In this document: piece after piece, positions 1 to 9,318 of the stretch
Layout of the letters: the number at the start of each line of letters is the position of its first letter
Position numbering within the stretch: position 1 is the first letter of the stretch
IMG/VR virus record: IMGVR_UViG_3300017716_002931
Location: 1-64,000 of that record
DNA from: a virus
Length of the DNA: 64,000 nucleotides
Strand: one strand, 5' to 3'
Made by a program: the position numbers and the translations under genes
Notes under the pieces: generated by a model
What the model was told of the DNA's origin: nothing
Seen by the model: the letters and a program-made list of their open reading frames with translations, nothing else
Databases searched by the model: none

Positions 1-129
1 GAACTACACAAAGATGATCCTGAACTAAAACCAAAGATTGTAGAACCAGACCCCGTAATACCTCTTACTGAAGAAAGATTGATGGTGATTGCAACAAATA
101 ACTCAAAAAACATGCGTCGTAAAATATGA
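1..129 (+). CDS. 3' end of hypothetical protein (truncated by window edge)
   Basis: Open frame from base 1 (ELHKDDPELK...MRRKI*); its TGA overlaps the thyA ATG (ATGA). Confidence 0.7.
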   Translation, partial: ELHKDDPELKPKIVEPDPVIPLTEERLMVIATNNSKNMRRKI

Positions 130-1331
130 ACAAAGTAGACACAGAATATTTCAGAATTGTCAATGATATTTTGACAAACGGAAAAGTTAAAAAGAACCGA
201 ACTGGTGTAGATACAATCGGTATTTTTGGTGCTCAAGCCAAATACGACGTTGACCTCAACGCATTTCCAATTCTAACAACCAAGAAAGTTCATTGGCCAG
301 CTATTGTTCATGAACTATTGTGGTTCATCAGTGGCGACACCAATATCAAATATCTTGTAGACAATAACGTTAGAATCTGGAACGAGTGGGCGTTTTCTCG
401 GTATCAGAAAGTCAAACCAACTTTGGGAGGAATAATGTTGGTAGATGAATTGTTGTTTACGAACCAAGAAAAACGAGTATTGTCTTCCAAGTTAGAACCA
501 GAAGATGTTGATGTGGTTGATATTGTCAAGAAATCAATACAAGAAAAACAAAATGCGTTTATTGACCGAATCAAAAATGATAATGAATTTGCCAAACAAT
601 GGGGTGAACTCGGTGAAGGAACATACGGAGGAATGTGGCGAGATTTTCCGTTTTATACCACTGTGAATGACAATGATGCAAGCACTTGTCCCAAAGGTAC
701 TGCAAGTGGAACAAAAGGTGATTATGCCGAATCGTGGTTTTTTGGTAGAATAGATCAACTACAAAAAGTAATTAACAAGCTCAAGTTCTATCCAGACGAT
801 AGACGTATGATTGTAAGTGCATGGCACCCTTATTGGGTAGATCACTGTGCTTTACCGCCTTGTCATTGTTTATTCCAGTTCCATACAGAAGAATTGACAT
901 TGGAAGAGAGAATTGAAATTTTACAAAAACAAGTTGGTCCTGTAAATCTTCCTAAATCGGAAATGTGGGTTATTCAAAAATTAGCCGAGGAAAATATTCC
1001 AAGCCGTCGTTTGAATTGTTTGTTGTACCAAAGATCGCAAGATACGGCATTAGGAAATCCATTTAACGTAGCTAGTTATTCACTATTAACTGCCATGATT
1101 GCACAGACGGTCAATATGACTACAGGTACATTCACACATTCAACCGGAGATACGCACATTTATGTGAATCATCTTGATGGATTGAAACTACAACTTACGA
1201 GAGAACCTAAAAAATTGCCGAATTTGTGGTTGAATCCAGAAGTCAAATCATTGTTTGATTTCAAATATGATGATATCAAACTACTTGATTACGAGTTTCA
1301 CCCGACAATTAAGTTTGATGTAGCAGTATGA
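126..1331 (+). CDS. thyA: Thymidylate synthase (ThyA type) with loop insertions
   Basis: NRTG, PILTTKKV, ELLWF, DDRRMIVSAW, catalytic LPPCH, YQRSQD..LGNPFN..SY, GDTHIYVNH, C-terminal VAV. Confidence 0.97.
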   Translation: MNKVDTEYFRIVNDILTNGKVKKNRTGVDTIGIFGAQAKYDVDLNAFPILTTKKVHWPAIVHELLWFISGDTNIKYLVDNNVRIWNEWAFSRYQKVKPTLGGIMLVDELLFTNQEKRVLSSKLEPEDVDVVDIVKKSIQEKQNAFIDRIKNDNEFAKQWGELGEGTYGGMWRDFPFYTTVNDNDASTCPKGTASGTKGDYAESWFFGRIDQLQKVINKLKFYPDDRRMIVSAWHPYWVDHCALPPCHCLFQFHTEELTLEERIEILQKQVGPVNLPKSEMWVIQKLAEENIPSRRLNCLLYQRSQDTALGNPFNVASYSLLTAMIAQTVNMTTGTFTHSTGDTHIYVNHLDGLKLQLTREPKKLPNLWLNPEVKSLFDFKYDDIKLLDYEFHPTIKFDVAV

Positions 1332-1666
1332 AATTACTTATTGGCGTAAGTCTACTAGTTTGTGTATACGTCGCCGGATGGTATCAACTACACGGTCAAT
1401 TCATAAGCCCATGGTTCAAGAAATACGAGTATCTATTGATATTTCTAAGCATACCAAGCACATATGTCTCTATACGTGCAATAAAAATAATCAGTGATCA
1501 CTTTCAAGGACAAGTTTGGCCAAATAGAATATTGACATTTGGCGTTGGATTGATTATGTTCACCATATTATCGTACTGTCATTTTAACGAGAAACTAGGA
1601 CTCAAAACACTAACCCTCATTGGATTGGCACTATTGATTGTAATACTGCAAGTTCTGTGGAAGTAA
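1328..1666 (+). CDS. Small four-helix membrane protein (DMT/SMR-like)
   Basis: 112 aa with four hydrophobic segments and an F-x-E motif before the last helix; coupled to thyA. Confidence 0.6.
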   Translation: MKLLIGVSLLVCVYVAGWYQLHGQFISPWFKKYEYLLIFLSIPSTYVSIRAIKIISDHFQGQVWPNRILTFGVGLIMFTILSYCHFNEKLGLKTLTLIGLALLIVILQVLWK

Positions 1667-1667
1667 C

Positions 1668-2315
1668 GTGCCTAACTATCTAAAAAAATCAATATCAGAG
1701 ATAACAAAACAGTCAAAAAAATTGACTGAATTGGAATTTTTGTTGGACATCATACCGCCCATGTCCGAAGATGGTCCGTGGATTGCAGGAGGATCGCTTC
1801 TAAGAACATATCTGAATCTTCCTCTAAAATCAGATCTTGACATATTCTTCAAAAATGAAGCACAGTTTCTAGCCTACAGAGATCAATTTAGACTAAAAAA
1901 CTCAGGTCGTGATTCCAATGGAAAATACACCATTGTAAAAGAAGAACAAAAAAGTTGGTTTACAATGGAAACCATAAAATGTTTTGATGCGCAAGAATAC
2001 AAAATACAACTTGTGTGTAAAAACTATTACACAGGAGCATGTGACTTATTGGATCACTTTGATCTTGATATTTGTCAATTGGCATACGACGGTAAAAACC
2101 TGTTTCTAGAACAAAATGTTCTTAAAAACATTGATTCACGTCAAATGCATCTAGTTAAAACAGCATATCCACAGAAATTCATGCAAAGGTGCATCAAATA
2201 TTCAAAATTAGGATTCAACATATCGCCAGAAGAAATTCAACGGTTTTTTGAAATGACTAAAACAATTCCACTTCCAACATTAGAAAAATCAGAAGAATCA
2301 TATGCAGAACAATAA
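1668..2315 (+). CDS. Nucleotidyltransferase, poly(A) polymerase/CCA head-domain-like
   Basis: WIAGGSL...SDLDIFF and FDLDICQLAYDG motifs; GTG start. Confidence 0.75.
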   Translation: MPNYLKKSISEITKQSKKLTELEFLLDIIPPMSEDGPWIAGGSLLRTYLNLPLKSDLDIFFKNEAQFLAYRDQFRLKNSGRDSNGKYTIVKEEQKSWFTMETIKCFDAQEYKIQLVCKNYYTGACDLLDHFDLDICQLAYDGKNLFLEQNVLKNIDSRQMHLVKTAYPQKFMQRCIKYSKLGFNISPEEIQRFFEMTKTIPLPTLEKSEESYAEQ

Positions 2316-2541
2316 CCAAGCTGGAAAAGGCGATAAACCAAGACCCGTAAAGAAAAGCGTCTACAATGACAATTACGATGACATCAACTGGGGAGACAAA
2401 CCCAAGAAAAAGTTGAAACTCAAAACCATCAATGAAGTTTGTAATAGAGCAGAAGGCACTTTTCAAGAGTATCTCAAGAAACACCAAGAAATGGAAGCAC
2501 AATCTTGGGTTGATCTAAAAAAGAGAATCAAAAAAGGTTGA
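2302..2541 (+). CDS. Hypothetical small basic phage protein
   Basis: 79 aa, overlaps upstream gene; GKGDKPRP...YxxNYDxIxW pattern. Confidence 0.6.
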   Translation: MQNNNQAGKGDKPRPVKKSVYNDNYDDINWGDKPKKKLKLKTINEVCNRAEGTFQEYLKKHQEMEAQSWVDLKKRIKKG

Positions 2542-2565
2542 CTTTTTCCAATACAGTGATACACT
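2538..2565 (+). promoter_or_regulatory. Sigma70-type promoter, probably leaderless
   Basis: TTGACT-16 nt-TACACT, then 6 nt to ATG 2572. Confidence 0.6.
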
Positions 2566-2571
2566 CATAGA

Positions 2572-3315
2572 ATGAACATTAGAACTGTAATCATTCCAGA
2601 TCTTCATCTGCATTGGCAGACTGCTGACAATATTATTGCTCATGAGGCTCCCGATAAAATCGTGTTTCTCGGCGACTATTTTGACAATTTTGATGACGAT
2701 GCCATCATGAATCAGGTGATGGCAGAATGGGTCAAGAATAGTATTAATCAGACTAATCGCATTCATATCATGGGAAACCATGACACCAATTATGCATTTC
2801 GTCATCGTAGTTACAAGTGTAGCGGATATACTTCTGTTAAAGAAGAGACGATCAATCTCATTTTGAAACAGAACGATTGGCGTAAAATGCAACTTTACAC
2901 GCAAGTAGGCAGTTGGCTATGCAGTCATGCTGGTGTTCATCATCACATGTATGACCACTATGGAAACGGACAAGATTTCAATAGTTGGTTGAAAAATACG
3001 TGTGAATTTGCACTTGAAAATGCGTTTTCCAATAAACCGTGTGTATCTATTCTACAAGCAGGTCGTAGCCGTGGTGGAATCGAAAAAGTGGGTGGAATCA
3101 ACTGGTGTGATGCTAATGAATTCTCTGGAATTCCAGGCATCAATCAGATTTTTGGTCATACTCCTCAGAAAAAACCTCGTTGGATCAACAAAGGTTCTTC
3201 TTTGAGCAAAGAATACAGCCAAAATCTGTGTTTGGATATTAGTCATGCTCATTATTATGCTATTCATGATTCTAAGGATGATAGTATCAAAACACACTGG
3301 ATTGGTGACTTGTAA
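2572..3315 (+). CDS. Calcineurin-like metallophosphoesterase
   Basis: DLH, GDYFD, GNHD, SHAG and GHT motifs. Confidence 0.92.
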   Translation: MNIRTVIIPDLHLHWQTADNIIAHEAPDKIVFLGDYFDNFDDDAIMNQVMAEWVKNSINQTNRIHIMGNHDTNYAFRHRSYKCSGYTSVKEETINLILKQNDWRKMQLYTQVGSWLCSHAGVHHHMYDHYGNGQDFNSWLKNTCEFALENAFSNKPCVSILQAGRSRGGIEKVGGINWCDANEFSGIPGINQIFGHTPQKKPRWINKGSSLSKEYSQNLCLDISHAHYYAIHDSKDDSIKTHWIGDL

Positions 3316-3974
3316 TGAATACACATGTAGTTGTAACACGATTCAAAGAAGATGTTGAGTGGGTTCGAAAAATCAATCATCCTGTTACTGTCTACGATAA
3401 ACAAAAATGTAGGATCAACGTCGGCAGTGACTTGTGGTCCAACCTTTCTTTTATAATCGACAATTACCACAACTTGCCGGATAAAATTCTATGTTTACAT
3501 GGACATGAAATGTCGTATCATCAAGACTACGAAGGATGGTATATTGCTAACAATCTAAATTGGAACTTGGATTACGTTAACGTTAACACCAGAATACAAG
3601 GAGAGCAATATTTTAGTATAATCTATGATTTTGAGGACACCGAGAAGTTTTACCGAAAAAGTTTTGCTTTGTGGATGGTTCCGGCATGGCATGATATGTT
3701 TGGCGACGATCTTGTCATGCCAGATACGTTGACTTTTATTGGTTGCAGTCAATTCTTGGTGTCCAAGAACCTTATTTTGCGACATCCAGTTGACTTTTAC
3801 AGACGTTTGTTGAATTGGTTGGAGACAACTAACATAGACAGAGAAATGTACGTAGGCAACCCACGTCTGTTCAATAGAGCCGCTTCATATGTGAGTGGCA
3901 GACTCATAGAATACACTTGGCATTATATTTTTACTGGTGACCCAGAAGAAAAAGTTGTAGATTTTCTATTGTGA
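3315..3974 (+). CDS. DUF3431-like putative glycosyltransferase
   Basis: VVVTRFKEDVEW, FIIDNYHNLPD...LHGH, QFLVSKxxI, GRLIEYTWHYIF. Confidence 0.75.
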   Translation: MNTHVVVTRFKEDVEWVRKINHPVTVYDKQKCRINVGSDLWSNLSFIIDNYHNLPDKILCLHGHEMSYHQDYEGWYIANNLNWNLDYVNVNTRIQGEQYFSIIYDFEDTEKFYRKSFALWMVPAWHDMFGDDLVMPDTLTFIGCSQFLVSKNLILRHPVDFYRRLLNWLETTNIDREMYVGNPRLFNRAASYVSGRLIEYTWHYIFTGDPEEKVVDFLL

Positions 3975-4030
3975 CATGGGCGTGACAATGCGTCCTTGAC
4001 GTGATTTAAAGCGTTTGATCTGATATTTTA

Positions 4031-4255
4031 GTGTGTAATATGAATGCACACTGTCTTTATTGTAACACCCAACTTATTTTTGCACGATCTTCATATGGTA
4101 TGCGATGCATGTGTGATGATGAACATCGATTTCTAAAAAAAGAAGACATTTTATTAGGATTTCATCAAGATAAAGTATATTTATTGAACGACGGACCTGA
4201 TAAAATGTATGATAACAAAACCGATCTACAAAAATATGTACCGGATGGGAGATGA
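4031..4255 (+). CDS. Hypothetical Cys-rich protein (uncertain)
   Basis: CxxC and CxC motifs; overlaps the clpP start by 47 nt. Confidence 0.35.
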   Translation: MCNMNAHCLYCNTQLIFARSSYGMRCMCDDEHRFLKKEDILLGFHQDKVYLLNDGPDKMYDNKTDLQKYVPDGR

Positions 4256-4829
4256 AGATTGTGATTCAGACTCAACGAAGCCGTCAAAAGAGAGTTCATC
4301 GCCGTTAGGAAGCAACCAAATATTTTTCTATGATGATGTTACTAAAGGTAGCATCTATAGTTTAAACAGACAATTGGATATTGCTGCAAAATCCGTACAA
4401 TTGTTGACTATCAATTACAATTTAAAAGAGGTAGTGCCCATCGAATTGTATATAGGAAGTGATGGTGGTGAAGTATTCAGTGCATTTAGTGCAGTAGATC
4501 GTATCAAATCAAGTGTTATTCCCGTTCACAGTTACGTTGAAGGCATGGCAGCAAGCGCAGCAACTCTATTGAGTGTTTGTGCTCACAAAAGATACATTCG
4601 AAAAAACAGTTTTATGTTGATTCATGAAGTTCGTAGTGCTGTTTGGGGTCCATTTGAAGACATCAAGGAAGAAGTAAAAAACCTTGAGTTGATCATGAAG
4701 TACATTCGTACACTCTACCTAGCTCATACCAAATTCACTGATAGTGATCTTGATGACATTCTAAAACAAGATATGTATTTGGATGCCAATGAGTGTTTGA
4801 AGTTTGGCTTGGTTGACGAGATTGTGTAA
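4209..4829 (+). CDS. clpP: ClpP-like serine protease
   Basis: IGSDGGEV, GMAASAAT (catalytic Ser), MLIHE (His), DMYLDANECLKFGLVD. Confidence 0.9.
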   Translation: MITKPIYKNMYRMGDEDCDSDSTKPSKESSSPLGSNQIFFYDDVTKGSIYSLNRQLDIAAKSVQLLTINYNLKEVVPIELYIGSDGGEVFSAFSAVDRIKSSVIPVHSYVEGMAASAATLLSVCAHKRYIRKNSFMLIHEVRSAVWGPFEDIKEEVKNLELIMKYIRTLYLAHTKFTDSDLDDILKQDMYLDANECLKFGLVDEIV

Positions 4830-4841
4830 TATGTATCCGTA

Positions 4842-5138
4842 ATGGATGGCGGATATCTGTACATAATAACCAACGATAGTTTTCCTGGCTGGATCAAGGT
4901 GGGAATCACCAAAGATCTTAATGCCAGACTAAACCACTATCAGACTGGTAGCCCCCATAGAAACTACAAATTGATCTATTCTATACGTCATCCAAAATAC
5001 TTGGAAGCGGAGAAAAAGATCAAAGATACCCTTAAACCTTTTGCCAAATCAATCAGAAACGAGTGGTACGAGGTGGATATAACAATGGCAAAACACCGAT
5101 TGAATGAACAATTGGAAGAATACCAAGAAAATTTTTAA
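4842..5138 (+). CDS. GIY-YIG / T5orf172-like nuclease domain protein
   Basis: GYLYII...WIKVGIT...RL..YQTGSP...E......NEWY. Confidence 0.85.
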   Translation: MDGGYLYIITNDSFPGWIKVGITKDLNARLNHYQTGSPHRNYKLIYSIRHPKYLEAEKKIKDTLKPFAKSIRNEWYEVDITMAKHRLNEQLEEYQENF

Positions 5139-5147
5139 AAAAAGTTA

Positions 5148-5175
5148 TTGACTTTGGTCATACTTATTGTATAGT
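5148..5175 (+). promoter_or_regulatory. Sigma70-type promoter, probably leaderless
   Basis: TTGACT-16 nt-TATAGT, then 6 nt to ATG 5182. Confidence 0.7.
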
Positions 5176-5181
5176 GACGTT

Positions 5182-5826
5182 ATGAATACTGTTGCAAATA
5201 AACTAATCTGTCTTAGCCTAAACGCTAACTGGCAGCCTATCGGTTACAAGACTGTTCAGGCTGCTATCATCGATTTGTGTGGTAGTGAAGCTGGTAACAA
5301 ACCGTCTTCATTGGCATTGGACATTGACTACAACATCTTGGACAACGGAGAACCCGACTTCTCCGAAGCCAAGAGCATGAATCCAGTGTGTTGGAGCGAA
5401 TGGATCAAACTTCCAATTCGTCCTTGGGATCTGGTGATCAACAGTGCTCATATGTCTGTGCGTGTTCCAACTGTTATCATCGCTACCAACTTCAAGAAGA
5501 TGCCGGTGAAACACTTCAGGGGAAAGCCAAGCAAAGATGCAATCTTTGCCCGAGATGGTGGACGTTGCCAGTACACCGGCAAGAAGCTTACCCGTGAACA
5601 GTTTACGGTTGACCACGTTGTTCCCAAGTCAAAGGGCGGACCTGATTCTTGGACCAACATGGCGGCGTGTGATCGAGATGTTAACTCACGAAAGGGCAAT
5701 ATGTCCAATGAAGAGGCTGGTCTCAACCTCTTGAAGACACCTATTGTTCCTTCGCCAATTCCTGTTTATGCTATGATCAAAGAAGCAAAACACGATGACT
5801 GGAAACATTTTTTGATCAAACAGTAA
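5182..5826 (+). CDS. HNH endonuclease (McrA-like); start re-called to ATG 5182
   Basis: LSLNANWQP N-terminus; RDGGRCQYTG...TVDHVVPKSKGG..SWTN..C...N..KGN. Confidence 0.9.
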   Translation: MNTVANKLICLSLNANWQPIGYKTVQAAIIDLCGSEAGNKPSSLALDIDYNILDNGEPDFSEAKSMNPVCWSEWIKLPIRPWDLVINSAHMSVRVPTVIIATNFKKMPVKHFRGKPSKDAIFARDGGRCQYTGKKLTREQFTVDHVVPKSKGGPDSWTNMAACDRDVNSRKGNMSNEEAGLNLLKTPIVPSPIPVYAMIKEAKHDDWKHFLIKQ

Positions 5827-5838
5827 AAAATTGAAAGC

Positions 5839-5879
5839 AAAGAAACTCTGAACGAATATTTATCGGTCAGAGTTTCTTT
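5839..5879. terminator. Hairpin, probable bidirectional intrinsic terminator
   Basis: AAAGAAACTCTGA...TCAGAGTTTCTTT 13-bp inverted repeat just after the HNH stop. Confidence 0.7.
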
Positions 5880-5881
5880 TT

Positions 5882-6049
5882 ATGCGTACCAAACCACCAT
5901 TCACAGTTGTCATTGATAATACCGAGGTTGTTATCACAGCCGAATTAATTGATGCGTACAAACAAAACACTTCTAAAAAAAGAGTCACGAAACGAGGAAT
6001 TGAAAAATTCTTCAATCGACTTTTTGAAGTAATGACCCGAGGTATCTAG
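5882..6049 (+). CDS. Small hypothetical protein, 55 aa (not in the ORF track)
   Basis: MRTKPPFTVVIDNTEVVITAELIDAYKQNTSKKRVTKRGIEKFFNRLFEVMTRGI*; fills the gap and has TATTTAT upstream. Confidence 0.65.
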   Translation: MRTKPPFTVVIDNTEVVITAELIDAYKQNTSKKRVTKRGIEKFFNRLFEVMTRGI

Positions 6050-6082
6050 TACAACTGTTGTTCCACGGACTATTTAGTCCCC

Positions 6083-7300
6083 TCACAATCCCACATCTTT
6101 TAGATCGGATGCAACCATCTTTTTGATGAGCGAATAAAAATCACTCTTTGGTTTCCAATCAAAATCACTTCTGAATCCACGGCTATTACCCAACAAAAGT
6201 TCTACTTCAGCGGGTCTGTAAAAATTTGGATTGATTTTGACCAACACTGAAGATGGAATATTCAATTCATTTGCTGATTGAGTGGTGAAACTGAACTCTT
6301 CATTCGTTCCGTCTCCGTGCCATACGCCGTCAATTCCAACAATTTTGAATGCCACCTCAACAAACTCTTTAATCGTATGAGTTTCATTACTACTCAACAC
6401 ATATTCTTGGATTTCCATGTTGCTGTCAAAATTCAGTCTGTATTTTTCTTGATTCAACATCATCCATACACATTCAACAAAGTCTTCACTGTCACTCCAA
6501 TCTCGTTTGGCGTTTACGTTACCCAACTCAATCGGTGAAAATTGAATGTGGTTCTTTATGCAGTACGCAATTCGAGCTACCCCCTTGGTAATCTTTCGAG
6601 TCACAAACTCTTCTCCTCGTCTAGGCCCCTCATGGTTGAACAACCAACTCTGAATAGCGTATAGGTTATAGCTATCACGATAAACCTTCACAATCTGTCG
6701 GGCAGCGGCTTTACTAGCCCCATATGGACTACGAGGACGAAGTGGATGAAGTTCATCTTGCGGACTATAACTCACATTACCAAATTCCTCAGATGATCCT
6801 GCGTTGTAGAACCGACACTTTGGTTGGTGGTGACGTATAGCTTCAAGAATATCCAACACGGAGGTACTGTTTGTTTGCCAAGTTTGACGGGCAAAATCCC
6901 AACTACTTGCCACAAAACTTTGGGCAGCAAAATTGATGAAATAATCGGGTTTCAGGTTTTCAATGATTGATGAGATTGCATGAGAGTCTGTAAGATCGAA
7001 ATTCACCAAGTGAAACCTATCATTTTTGACATGGGAGAGATTGTGGTGATTGTAAACACTTAGTCGTCGTACACCACCAAAAATCAAAGCGTTGGTATTC
7101 TTCAAAAGATAGTCAACCATGTAACTTCCGTCTTGACCTGTAACTCCGGTTACAACAATAACCGTGTTCGAGAAATTGTCAGTCAAGTTTTTCTGTCCAA
7201 CAAATTTGTTTCTAATTAGTTTAGCGTCTGAAATGTTTAGGATGTTTGCGGTATCAATTTTCTTACCGTAAAGCGTATCAATAATGTTTTTGGATTGCAT
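6083..7300 (-). CDS. gmd: GDP-mannose 4,6-dehydratase
   Basis: TGVTGQDGSY, AAQSFV, SSEEFG, PRSPYGASK, FNHEGPRRGEEFVTRKIT, RDW, YRPAEV. Confidence 0.95.
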   Translation of the reverse strand: MQSKNIIDTLYGKKIDTANILNISDAKLIRNKFVGQKNLTDNFSNTVIVVTGVTGQDGSYMVDYLLKNTNALIFGGVRRLSVYNHHNLSHVKNDRFHLVNFDLTDSHAISSIIENLKPDYFINFAAQSFVASSWDFARQTWQTNSTSVLDILEAIRHHQPKCRFYNAGSSEEFGNVSYSPQDELHPLRPRSPYGASKAAARQIVKVYRDSYNLYAIQSWLFNHEGPRRGEEFVTRKITKGVARIAYCIKNHIQFSPIELGNVNAKRDWSDSEDFVECVWMMLNQEKYRLNFDSNMEIQEYVLSSNETHTIKEFVEVAFKIVGIDGVWHGDGTNEEFSFTTQSANELNIPSSVLVKINPNFYRPAEVELLLGNSRGFRSDFDWKPKSDFYSLIKKMVASDLKDVGL

Positions 7301-7347
7301 ATTAAAATAACGACTGTGTGGTTACTCGATCATACATATTATTGAAT

Positions 7348-7707
7348 ATGAAAGAAGAATTGTTCTATTTGCTACTTGTCAACGACACGTTCAGTAACGA
7401 AGTCATTCGTAATTTTCCTGGCACGTACTCGTACATCACATCATTGAAGCAAAACGCTTCAAAAGAACATATAGAGAAGTGTAAGGAACGTATTTGGTCT
7501 TTTTACGAATCAAACGAATCATTTAAAAACCAATTCATTTCATTTTACTCCAATCTCAAAAACCGTCGTGCTGACGGAAAAGTAATTGAAGTAAAAGACA
7601 AAGAAGAATACACAAGACTAATTCTACGATCAAAAACCGAAAATTGGGTATATGATGGAATCAGTATAGTAGAAACACCCGATAAAATCAAGGTGTATTT
7701 TTACTAA
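7348..7707 (+). CDS. Hypothetical protein
   Basis: ORF divergent from gmd; ATG 7348 preceded by TACATAT. Confidence 0.6.
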   Translation: MKEELFYLLLVNDTFSNEVIRNFPGTYSYITSLKQNASKEHIEKCKERIWSFYESNESFKNQFISFYSNLKNRRADGKVIEVKDKEEYTRLILRSKTENWVYDGISIVETPDKIKVYFY

Positions 7708-8268
7708 TTAATATTCGTCGTCATCATCATCGTCATCGTCGTCGCCGTCATGGTCATGGTCGTCTTCGTCGTCGAAATCATCGTCATCCATCAAATTGTC
7801 GTTTTGAAACTTTTTGAAGTCAGAATCTCTTAATCCCAATCCGCTTACAATACGATGAATCAAAAAACACTTTTCTTCGGTTGTAGATTTTTGTTCTAGT
7901 ATCTTCCTTACAATTATTGTAGCAAAAAGTGTAAGTTTCGTCTTCTTATCTTCACTAAGTGCACTTTTTTTCTTGGAATTACGCGTTGATTTATTTGCAG
8001 GTTTATTTGGTGTTGGATCTTTTGGAATCACCTTACGCGGCAACTTCTCATTTGTGATCCATCCGGGAATTTTGTTGTTGTACACCGCAAGTTGAGTATC
8101 ACGTATAATCTGATTGTTCAAATGTGTTTTGAACTCTTGTGAGTTTTCATCGATATTAAGCTGTTTCACCATTTTCTTCAGTTGTGACTGAGTGATTCTC
8201 TTGGCTATGGTAAAACTTGCCATAATTCCGTGTTTTGCAAGTAAGTGATTTTGTGACGGGTAAATCAT
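7708..8268 (-). CDS. Hypothetical protein with Asp-rich C-terminal tail
   Basis: 186 aa; basic core and a tail of about 25 mostly acidic residues. Confidence 0.7.
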   Translation of the reverse strand: MIYPSQNHLLAKHGIMASFTIAKRITQSQLKKMVKQLNIDENSQEFKTHLNNQIIRDTQLAVYNNKIPGWITNEKLPRKVIPKDPTPNKPANKSTRNSKKKSALSEDKKTKLTLFATIIVRKILEQKSTTEEKCFLIHRIVSGLGLRDSDFKKFQNDNLMDDDDFDDEDDHDHDGDDDDDDDDDEY

Positions 8269-8282
8269 GTGTATAAATAGGT

Positions 8283-8996
8283 TTAAAACCTAGTCACAAA
8301 CAAATCTTTTGATCCTTGCATAACATCTGGATCAAATTGTTTGGTTCCACGTTTGATAAAACCCTTTCCTGCTACGAACGTACAGTTATAACACAACAAT
8401 TTGATGTTTTCTAATTTGTGGTTCTTTGGATTTCCATCTTCAAAATTCAATAAAAGAGGAATCTTACCATCAACAATTCTACGTTCTTTATATCCACACA
8501 TCTCACAACATGATTCCTTTGCTTTTGATCGAATCAACTTGTCTTTTAGCCTGTATACGGGGTACTCGGGAAATTTTCCATCAAGCAATTCCGTAATAGG
8601 ATACTTTCCCATATTAGGATCGACATTTTTCTTTATGCCTTTATTACTTTGATTGATCAATGTATGCATGCCATACATTCTTGCATATTTTCGATATGTC
8701 AAGTAACTGATTCCCAACTTTCGTGATGCTTCTCTTCCACTTCTGGAAACAGACTGAGCAATTTCTATTTCTGATTGAAGTAATGGTCGAGATCCACGGC
8801 CACGTTTTAGTTTGATCTTTAGTGAGTCTTGTTTGTCTCGCAAAAATGGAACATTTAGTTTTTCAGAAATCTCCCTTTGTATTTCGTCGGCAACAGATTC
8901 TCCAAGACCTTGAAGTTTCTTTATGTCGCGCACTTCTTGCTTGAGTTTATCCAACTCAGCAAGAATGTTGTGTGGTATGTTATCGGGTATATCCAT
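8283..8996 (-). CDS. HTH + degenerate HNH zinc-finger protein
   Basis: EASRKLGISYLTYRKY helix-turn-helix; CEMCG...LLLNFEDGN..N..LENIKLLCYNC. Confidence 0.7.
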   Translation of the reverse strand: MDIPDNIPHNILAELDKLKQEVRDIKKLQGLGESVADEIQREISEKLNVPFLRDKQDSLKIKLKRGRGSRPLLQSEIEIAQSVSRSGREASRKLGISYLTYRKYARMYGMHTLINQSNKGIKKNVDPNMGKYPITELLDGKFPEYPVYRLKDKLIRSKAKESCCEMCGYKERRIVDGKIPLLLNFEDGNPKNHKLENIKLLCYNCTFVAGKGFIKRGTKQFDPDVMQGSKDLFVTRF

Positions 8997-9006
8997 ATTA
9001 CTATTA

Positions 9007-9318
9007 CTATTTGGAACACACTGGCTCTTCTCTCAAATCTACTCCACTATCTTTTCTAAACTTTAACCTTAGATTTTCTGCTGGTTTGTGTAAACCACAG
9101 TTGACCAATATGATATATGAGTTGTAAATCTTTTCTTTTGAATTTTTTCGATCTAGTCTGGCTATCATAAAAGGTGGCAAAGACAATGGCGTTTCAATTG
9201 ACCGTTTCATTTCTACAACTCTGGTACAAGCTTCCATCATTGGATCATTGAAAAATCCCTCGATTTCTAAATTATAGAAATCTTTTGCTGACCTAACTAT
9301 TATTTTGTAACTTTTCAT
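9007..9318 (-). CDS. Hypothetical protein (start re-called to 9318)
   Basis: MKSYKIIVRS...; the longer track start lies inside the helicase gene. Confidence 0.6.
   Translation of the reverse strand: MKSYKIIVRSAKDFYNLEIEGFFNDPMMEACTRVVEMKRSIETPLSLPPFMIARLDRKNSKEKIYNSYIILVNCGLHKPAENLRLKFRKDSGVDLREEPVCSK

Noticed and set aside
126-1331. dCMP hydroxymethylase, or an intein/intron in thyA
   Set aside because: Retains the Asn of PFN typical of dUMP enzymes; the insertions are short and lack intein ends; the frame is continuous
4842-5826. Intron-borne homing endonucleases
   Set aside because: Both nuclease genes are free-standing between intact genes, with no split host gene
7712-7790. Regulatory microsatellite
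   Set aside because: The TCG/TCA triplets simply encode the Asp-rich tail on the minus strand
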